Source of the DNA: Klebsormidium nitens
Taxonomy: Eukaryota; Plantae; Klebsormidiophyceae
Length of the DNA stretch: 64,000 bases
Reading direction: 5' to 3'
Assembly: GCA_000708835.1 (NCBI GenBank)
Contig: DF237066.1
Span: 124,001 to 188,000 of the forward strand
The position numbers were made by a program, and so were the translations under genes. The notes under the pieces were generated by a model. That model searched no databases and was not told where the DNA came from. It worked only from the letters and a program-made list of their open reading frames with translations. Positions 56,401 through 64,000 of the stretch are shown here, one piece after another (the first letter of the stretch is position 1; each line of letters opens with the position of its first letter).

Positions 56401-57996
56401 TCAGCACGCACGTCGTCCAATCTGCTGAACCCTCGCCACCACCCCGCCGCCGCCACTCTCCCCCCAACCTCGTTCTTGGGAACGCCAGCATCCGTTACTT
56501 CATTACGCCCCAGACCTATCTCCCCGCTTTCCTTTTCCCTTACTTCCGTGTCCTCTCCCGTATTCTCAGCTCCCGCATGGAGCTCGCGCTTCTCCCCCTG
56601 TAACATTTCATTCGACTCCCGTGCCAGCTGTGCTAAACCTGGGGACGACTGTCCTAATCCTGTGTCTGACAGCTGTTCATTCTGTGCCGACGGCTGTCCG
56701 AGCGCTTCTGACAGCTGTCCGAGCCCGTTTGACAGATCCCCGTCCCCCTTTGACAGGTGTTCAATCCTTACTGACAAATGCCCGTGCCCCTGTGACAGCT
56801 GTGCGTGGCTCTCCGACAGCTGTCCAACGCTGTGCCCGTCACTGTGTCCACTGTGCGCGTGCGACTTTGACTTTGACTTGTGCTTGCTGACTTTGACGAT
56901 GGTAGCGGGCCTCGCAGTCAAGTTCGCGCCGCCTAGTAGCGCTCTGACACGTGGCTCGCTGAGCGCTGTGCTTTGGGACCGATCTGGGGAGAAGTCCTGC
57001 ATAAAGAGAAGTTTGCTTTACAGGTCTGCAGAATTTGTCAATAAGTGCTCTTCCTTCTTTCACTGTGGACTGGCCTAGAAATCAGTCTCCCGTGGATGCG
57101 AAGTCTGGTTTACCCGCGGGTGTATGTACGTGGCTGTTGCATTCTGTTTCGTCTTGCCTGCAGTTCGTCCAGTTTCGTCTGGGCTCTCTTGCCAAGATGC
57201 ATTGCAACTGATGTATTAAGCTGTCAGCAGTGAAGGAGTTTGCCCACACCTGGTATTTGGTGGTTGTCTGGAATGTGAGATGCAGACGATTGCTGGATAT
57301 ATTGCTGTGACTTAAGAATCGAAGTTTCGCAACGTACAACCTGATTCCACGTACTCCCATCAATCAGCTGCTTTGGTCCTTGCCATTGACAGCCCCTTTC
57401 TGCCAACTGTCGTTTCTGTTGACCTCGTGTGTGCACGGGCTCTTTTCACTATACAAGAAAGCTGCCTCCAAAGCTCGTAACTTGCAGCACTTGCATGAAA
57501 GCTGTCAAGTGGGTCCACCGAGCAATAGATACAACACTCAAGCAGCCCCACCTTCATCTCTTCAGCTGTCTTCTAGCCATTCCCCGTTTCATTGTAGATA
57601 ACCGACGACAACAAAAGCATTTGCATGCACGGCATTGTTGCTACCAGACCTCACCTGGTTCACACGAGAAGATGACGACAGCACTGCCGTCACAAACAAC
57701 GCCGTCAACGCGAGCGCCACTAGCGCGTTGCCCGCCCGCCGCACCTCCTTCATCCAACCCCCTTTCTTTGAAGCCAAAACCAAACCCCCATCGTGGCCTT
57801 TTTCGTACACCCCCTGAGTCACTGGCAAAGCGTCCACTTTCTGCTTGCATGGCGGCGCGGCAGCCCAGCTTGAGCGTTTTGCGGTGCGCGCTGGGTTAAA
57901 GGGCGGTGGTTCCAGCTTAACCAGGGTTTCCGGAAGGGTGCTGTAGCTGCGCGATCGCCCCATGGTGCCCTCTGACCCACCTTGGCGAAACCCCAT
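50471..57996 (-). CDS. Plant-type O-fucosyltransferase family protein (DUF246/GT106-like), type II membrane, 10 exons, ~946 aa
   Basis: Exons 57996 (or 57963)-57655, 56996-55886, 55628-55561, 55155-55067, 54422-54279, 53740-53554, 53119-52946, 52420-52244, 51566-51358, 50810-50471. Motifs: GYLMVQCNGGLNQQR, VCNAVALARYLNLTL, HLRFEIDMVAYSMC, GQCPLTPEE, LAALDY, GHRMYDG, FYGNPSECFC. TM segment in exon 1. Confidence 0.93.
50542..50602. repeat. 24-bp coding tandem repeat (DVSLASAP x2.5) in last exon of O-fucosyltransferase
   Basis: agctgacgtcaggtgctgacgcca repeated. Confidence 0.9.
51567..51890 (-). repeat. Two intronic copies of 5' end of O-fucosyltransferase exon 9
   Basis: LYGGPASLAHFKALFPRTSAKA starts at 51739 and LCGGPVSLAPFKVLFLRTSA at 51889. 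Real exon (LYGGPESLAPFKALFPRTSAKA) starts at 51566. Confidence 0.92.
53866..54065. mobile_element. 200-bp intronic MITE with ~40-bp TIRs and 9-bp TSD
   Basis: TIR cores ataactctcgtgtgacctaagagccgtgtgacctaagat and atcttaggtcacacgcccgttaggtcacacgagcgtta. TSD aacggatca at 53857-53865 and 54066-54074. Confidence 0.75.
56668..56835 (-). repeat. Eight 21-bp coding repeats (heptad xxGQLSx) in O-fucosyltransferase stem
   Basis: gac(a/g) anchors at exact 21-bp spacing: 56668, 56689, 56710, 56731, 56752, 56773, 56794, 56815. Confidence 0.85.
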
Positions 57997-59397
57997 TTTC
58001 TGCTTTCAAGGAACAGAAGGACCTTCCGAGGTCACCCTTTGTGGACACTCTATTCACCTGTCGACCTCCCTATGCTCACGTCACGACCTCTCAAGCTTGA
58101 CAGGATGTCTCAAGTGGTCATGCGGTCGTAGCATTGTCGGCATTGCTGACACCTGTCTTTAAAAGCGAAGTGACTCGATCCAAAAGGAGCCTCGTAGAAT
58201 GTCGAAGTGGCATTGACTTGCAACCGGGCTTGGAGCAATGCCGGCTTCAGCACGCCTCACCCCGCGCCTCTCAATTGCCCTGCAGCTTAGTAAGGAGCTG
58301 TCTAACTGTACGCCTCCACCACTACAATTTTGAGAGCTTTCGTTGGCTGGCCTGTAAGAAGCTCTCTGCATTCCGCGTATGCTAGCTAGGCTACTGGGCG
58401 GCTCAGCCCCAATACCGGTAGCAGCAGCCTAGAGCAGGAACTTGCAAAACCGCTCGAGGGGCAGTGTCTGCAATGGTACTATCAGGTCAGGTAGTCTTAG
58501 GTACCGATCTGGAGTAGCTGCTAGGTAGTCACTTCCTAGTATCTACCGGTACACTGCGGTATCTGCCCTCTATGGGCCGGACTCTTCGTGCCAGAAGTTT
58601 GCGGTACTAGGTAGTGGCGATCGGGGTGCATCTTCGGCCGATAACTGATTTATGCATTCGAGATAAGTTATGACCGTCGATGTGATATAAAAGATCTGAT
58701 CGAACCGTGAATGACTCAGCCTGCTTTAGTACGCGCGTGTTCGATCCATCCGCCGACACAAGGTGAACCCGACACAGTCCCCGACAAAGATGACCGTTAT
58801 GGCAGTGACAGGCCGACACGTGGCTTTGCCGCCAGATTTCGTTAGATTTTCCTCAGAGTCAGGCTTGCCACTGATCGTGGTAAGCCAATGCACTGGTGGC
58901 ACTGACTGGTGCTTGGATCATCATAGGTAGCAGCATTGTCTTTCGACTGCATGAACCTTATATTCTAAGAAAATATGGTTAGAGTACCCACAATAATTCT
59001 TAAGAATTAGCCTGTGAATAGTAAAAATCGCTATCATGGCCCGTATCATGATGGACGGTTCAAGACCTTGACTGCGGCAAATTGAACGTTGACTCACGGT
59101 TATAGAAGTGCAATTAATTGTAGCAATTACATAGCCAGCGCCTCAGCAACGAACCGCACACTTTGGCCGCCTGGCTTAGTCCTTTAGTCTTTTCCAAGTC
59201 TGGCTGAACCACAGTATGCATAGGAGGATAGGAGACGGTTACTGGTGCATGCGTACTCAGCATTTGAACCTCAATGAATGCATGATGCACGTCAGATAAT
59301 ATGAAGCCGGGGGCCGGCATCATCTCGCAACTTATAACGGCTTCAATTGAACTAGTACTTGCAGCAAAGAGACATTCCGCCCATGTTCTAACTCAGC

Positions 59398-59443
59398 CGA
59401 ACGCCAGTATACTTTTCTACCGAACGCCAGTATACGTTTCTAC
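59398..59443. repeat. 23-bp tandem duplication
   Basis: cgaacgccagtatacttttctac / cgaacgccagtatacgtttctac. Confidence 0.9.
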
Positions 59444-59768
59444 AAATACATTAGGTTGCATTTTGCGTTTCAACCAAGCAAGTTTCAAAGGCCTATACTT
59501 CATTAATCTGCTCCAAGTGGCGACTTGATTCACTAATTCGGAACGTTCCAATAATCAATGACTTGCTTGGAGCAGCGCTGCCGTTGCAAGATCCGTACGT
59601 ATATGGAGCTCTTTTATACTTTAGTTATTCGAGATATCTTTGTGTGAATATGTACTGTCATTTAAGCTGTGCCGAGCTTTCCTACAATGGAAGGTTCACT
59701 TTTTTGCAGAAAGCAACCAATTCGACGACTCCAGTGTGTTTTAGGGTTTCAGGGTTTAGCGTCCATTT

Positions 59769-62700
59769 CTACAAAGTGTGCCCTTTCAAGAAAGACAGGT
59801 GAGCCAAATGGCCCACGTCGCCCCAATGGAGGACGTCCCACTTGCCGGTGGTAGAGACGGATACGACGCTGAAGGAGCAATTCGCTACCTCGCCCTTACA
59901 GGGGTAACCCGTGGCATGCTCGTGTAGGGCGTGGATGACGCCTCCATGACACACCACAACGACGCGTTCGCCTGCGTGGCACGGACGCAAGACGTAGAGT
60001 AGGAGAAAAGTAAAGTAATTCAGATTTAGATTTAAACATCATTTATCAAAAGAGACGTACGAGAAACATCACGTTCAATGCAGAAACGGAGGGCTCTCAA
60101 GGGAGAGTGGCACAGAAATACCAAGGGGGTGACGCACTTTGTCCTCCACCACGCGCAGATCTTCGAATGATATCAAACGTCATAGACTCAACACACGATA
60201 CACATCGCGGAAAGTGGAAGAAATCCCTATAGGACAGGGGTCGAATGTGACATGCCAACTGATTGTGTCTGAATGAGAGGACTGATCGAGATCGCCCTCT
60301 TAAGCTTCTGTCGTCCGGATACACACAAATTGGTCAATGATGATGCGCATCGTATACTCAACGAGCCATATAATACCGCGGAAAACACACCAAAGCCGAC
60401 ATGCAGACTGATAGTTTCTTTGGGATTCTTTCAACCGATCAAGACCGTCCTGTTACGCTTTCAAGCCAAAAAAACGAAAAACAAAAAAACTTCCGGCTGT
60501 CCCAAACAGCAAACCGACCGGGGCGTGGTCTCAAAACACATTTACAGCCACTGCGAGAACGCCGACATTTGCTGGAGTGGGGTGGGGGCCCGGCGGCTGG
60601 CGAAAGTGCCCGGCGGCTGAGGGGCCTAGGGGTCCGGCGGCCGGCGGCTGTGCCCGGAGAAAACTGGCCCGGGGTCCAAACCAACAATTAGAAATGCAGG
60701 ATTCTAGATATGCCGGCGGTTTTCGCAGCCGCTACGCGCTTATGGAAAATAGGAAATAGTTTTTTTTGCATAGCCGGCCGTATATTGCCCAAAAAGTGTC
60801 GAATAGCCCCAGTTTTTGGAATTTTGATCCCCTTTTTTGGGGGGGCCTAGCCCGGCGGCTGGCCCCAAATCTGGCTCAAAATTCAGGGGGGTCGGGGCCC
60901 GGCGGCTGGCAAATTGTCGGCGTTCTCGTAGTGACTGCAAATCTGTTTTGAGACCACGCCCGAAGCACGACCCATAAAAATCTTCAGAAGAAGGCAGAGG
61001 ATAGACCTACCGCGGTGTGCGCGAGCGAGATCCTCGACTGCCGCCGCAGCCCTCTGTTGCAGCTGTGCTCGGCTCTCCCCTCCTCCAGCAATTGAGACGT
61101 CCTTTCTTTTGCTTTCAAGAGCCCGCAGCGCTTCCGGCTCGCTTTGCCGAGCCTCCTTGACCGTCAAACCCTGTGGCGTTTGAGCGGTTATAGTCAAGGA
61201 AGGAGAAGTTTGAGAGAGTGCTCGGTTCAGATGAGAGCCGAACAGAGAGCGTTGCCGAGCCTCTTTGACGGTCAAAGCCTGTGCAGTTGGGGAAAATCGA
61301 TAGGGACTAGGAATATACCTGATGGAAAACAGTGCGACTTAGAGCCGTGTAAGGGAGCAATGGAAGAAAGCGGAGCGATTGTGAAAGAGATTTGGATACG
61401 ATGGAAGTGGGAAAGAGCGTCGAGTCAAAGATGTCGAGATGGTGACAGTGCCCAAACAGGAACAAGTCTGAGTGACAGAGAAGGATCGCTGCAAGAGTTT
61501 TGTCAGTCAGGTGGCTTTCAGTCCGTCAGATTAGCAATATTATCGCAAAGCGGACGCGAAAAGTGGACGCGAAAGTAGAAGTCAGTCGTGCATAGCATGC
61601 TCGTTAGATACGGAGAAGTAAGGGATGTTTCTTCCTGAAGAAAGAAAGGAAGAAAGAAATGCTCGTTGGGGACGGCTAGAACAGGATCATCCGTTAAGTT
61701 CAGTCGATGTCACCTGTGATCGAAGAAAGCAAAAATGGGCTCCGGATTTGCTCGAGCCAACCGACCAGTCTGACGACGTGAGATACATTGAAGACGCTCC
61801 ATCTACAGGGTATTTAAAGAGTTAGGGGACTTTTTAGGACATGATGAAGCTCCACGATTTTTCAGTAGCAGAAAAGTAACGTACAACATTGTTACTGCAG
61901 AGCTGACCACAGCAAAATGTAGGTCATTCATATGTTCAACACTGGAAAGTCGATATGCAATCACGAGAGACTGTACGAGACTGCACCCTCCTCAAACGCT
62001 CCTCTGTATGTCTTTCCTCAAGAGGTCCACAAAAGGCATGGAGCCACAAAGTCCTAAGGTACCAGAATAGAAACTTCCTTTCGTCTCGCAGTCGACAGTG
62101 CGACAACCGAGTTCACAACCAACGGGCGTTGCATAGAGCAACTGCAGAAGAACCAGAAAAGGAAAGTTCCTCTTATCTTGTTGTCAACAGTACAACATCA
62201 GACTTCGCTTCCAAAGGCCGTTACCTGAAGAACACCCAAATGACGTTCCCTCAGATCTGCCCTTGTGATTACTGCCTGAGCGACGCCGCCAGCCGCTGCG
62301 ATCGCTTCACCAGTTAGGCGCGCCCTCTTTAGGTCGGAAGTATACACTGTAGTGAGTGGAAGATCCCCCTGAGCCAGTCGGCGAGCGACTGCCTCTGCTT
62401 GCTGAAAACCGAGCTCGTTCAGGTCAGAGTCGTACTGTCCCTGTAAGCAGGGTTTGGTGAAACTTAAGCGGGTTATCTTAAACCAGAACGAGGAAAGATT
62501 CATCCAGGCTACCATCGCTGGAAGCCGAGCTCGTTCAGGTCTTAGTCATAATGTCCCTATAATTAAGGTTGGTGAAAGTTGAGGGCAATTGATTCGAGCC
62601 AGGAAAGGTACATCCAGGCCACAGTTGCTAGAAACTGGGCTCATTAAGGTCACAGTCGTATTGTCCCTGCAGACCAGGTTTGACTTGATCATGATTAACC

Positions 62701-63284
62701 AGACAAAGCAACAGGTAGTGCTTCTCAATTGCTTCGCAAGTGTGATCAAGTCTTGGATTTGAGCGAATTATGACTTGACATTATAAGTCAGCGCCGTTCT
62801 TGTCTTTCAAACCAAGGGTATAAATTTCTCTTCATTTTGACCCCAACGACCTTGACTTGAACCGAGACTGTGAGCACCCAATCCATTGAGGTCAAACTTG
62901 TGCTGCCCATGGGATCGAATGACTAAAGTCAGGTGAGGTTACCAGTCCACCAGAATAGGACAAGATTCAATGTTGCTTTGTTAGAGGTTGCTTTAGTCAA
63001 TTTCAATCACAGTTAAGAAATACTTTTGAAGGTGCTTACCGTGAAGGAATGGGTCTATCCGATCAGAACTCAGCAGAATGTGGCCTGCTCTTTGCTGCTT
63101 GCTTTTTACTGCTTACACTTTTGGTCACATTTCGTCCCCACTTCAGAATGAAAGAGTTTGCTTTCCAAAAAGTCCTTGCCTGCAGACGCCCGCTCTTGTT
63201 CCATGTTGTTTCACCGTGCCTAACGATGATCACTTCGGTAAACGATGTATGCACTGGGCCGGGTATCCAACCAAGATCGCCCAT
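59769..63284 (-). CDS. Histidine phosphatase superfamily (phosphoglycerate mutase-like) protein, at least 4 exons, ~227 aa
   Basis: Exons 63284-63180, 62440-62225, 61170-61011, 59971-59769. Motifs: IVRHGETTWN, YTSDLKRA, LRERHLG, GGGES, VVVCHGGVI, WGDVGHL. First intron has a GC donor. An acceptor-like site just upstream of the ATG suggests a further 5' exon, so the start is uncertain. Confidence 0.9.
60521..60961. mobile_element. 441-bp non-autonomous DNA transposon (52-bp TIRs) in intron 3 of the phosphatase gene
   Basis: gggcgtggtctcaaaacacatttacagccactgcgagaacgccgacatttgc versus reverse complement of 60909-60961 (few mismatches). Internal (c)ccggcggctg subterminal repeats, about five. TSD not resolved. 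Confidence 0.8.
61171..61278 (-). repeat. In-frame 108-bp duplicate acceptor + 5' end of phosphatase exon 3
   Basis: cacag|GCT TTG ACC GTC AAA GAG GCT CGG CAA at 61278 versus real cacag|GGT TTG ACG GTC AAG GAG GCT CGG CAA at 61170. Confidence 0.85.
62441..62910 (-). repeat. Decayed copies of acceptor + 5' end of phosphatase exon 2
   Basis: Copies start at 62556 (GHYD*DLNELGFQ), 62666 (GQYDCDLNEPSF*) and 62908 (GQHKFDLNGLGAH). Real exon is GQYDSDLNELGFQ at 62440. Confidence 0.8.
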
Positions 63285-64000
63285 ATGTCTGCCGTGCGCT
63301 GTATAGAGCAGAAAAGCTATGAATTGACTGCTTGCGCTTGCTCGGAAAGGTGACTTTTCAACTTCATTCGATCGTTCTCGGTTTTTAGCGCTGGACTTGT
63401 TCCTTAAGAGTCCAGAATGGTCGTCAGCAGAGTCACTCGGTACCAAAAGAACAAGAAAAGTACAGAGATCTTACATGGCCAAGTGGCACCTTCAGACACC
63501 GGCCTTGTGAAGAAAGTTTGTAAATGGTGATCAGAGCCGTTATTATAAAGTGCAGCACAGAAACACAGGTACGCCAGGACAGATTTGCAAACCAGCTTCC
63601 GTTTCGCGGCTTACATTCTGCGTCCTGATAATTCTACAGGCAACGTGCGTAAAACATCGACTAGATGCTTCGCACAAGTCAATTCAATGGAGCTTTCCTT
63701 TTAAAGAGATTATCACAAAAAATACGGCTATGTTTAGAAAGGTGGACTACTGTCTGACCGGTGGCGCAGCGATAAACGACTGGAGCAAGCGTCCAGAAGC
63801 TATAGAGCTGGCTGCGAAAAAACTTGAGCACTTACTACGTCATGATATCAGCTGTCAAGCAGGCATTCAGGGACACAGCTGCAGCACCAAGCTCAAAATT
63901 ATCGAGATGCAGCCCCTCCCAGAAGCAGAACAAGAGTCAGATGATGTGATCAACCCGCATGCAATCAGATAGATGACTGCGGTAAAGCGGAGCCGTACCT

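Noticed and set aside
56065-57078. 337-aa plus-strand Ser/Pro-rich ORF
   Set aside because: Antisense shadow of the repetitive O-fucosyltransferase exon 2.
60337-60411. Box C (ATGATGA) / box D (CTGA) snoRNA-like spacing with short rRNA-complementary words
   Set aside because: Antisense to the host gene, no terminal stem, and the 8-9 nt matches are not positioned by the D+5 rule.

Overview
Eukaryotic nuclear DNA, intron-rich with GT-AG introns. The gene set (nuclear chloroplast ATP synthase gamma with its redox insert, TIN1-like, plant-type O-fucosyltransferase) points to a streptophyte; a charophyte alga such as Klebsormidium is my inference, not a verified match. I assembled six spliced genes by hand, all in frame: flavin monooxygenase (-), atpC (-), phytanoyl-CoA dioxygenase-like (+), TIN1-like (+), O-fucosyltransferase (-) and a histidine-phosphatase/phosphoglycerate mutase-like gene (-). 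Intronless genes: two paralogous two-TM proteins with a DEG/ENaC/PAC-like layout, an F-box/LRR gene with two decayed relatives, and a small YfiM-like membrane protein. Mobile DNA: two related MITEs with 9-bp TSDs, a 441-bp TIR element and a possible CACTA transposase relic. The two strongest leads are (1) introns of four unrelated genes filled with ~108-173 bp tandem copies of the adjacent exon edge plus its splice site, generally decaying with distance from the real exon, and (2) the pair of animal-channel-like two-TM proteins. The 9.2-16.7 kb block looks like decayed coding DNA that I could not identify. No CRISPR, rRNA or convincing tRNA was found. No database searches were run; family assignments come from recognised motifs.
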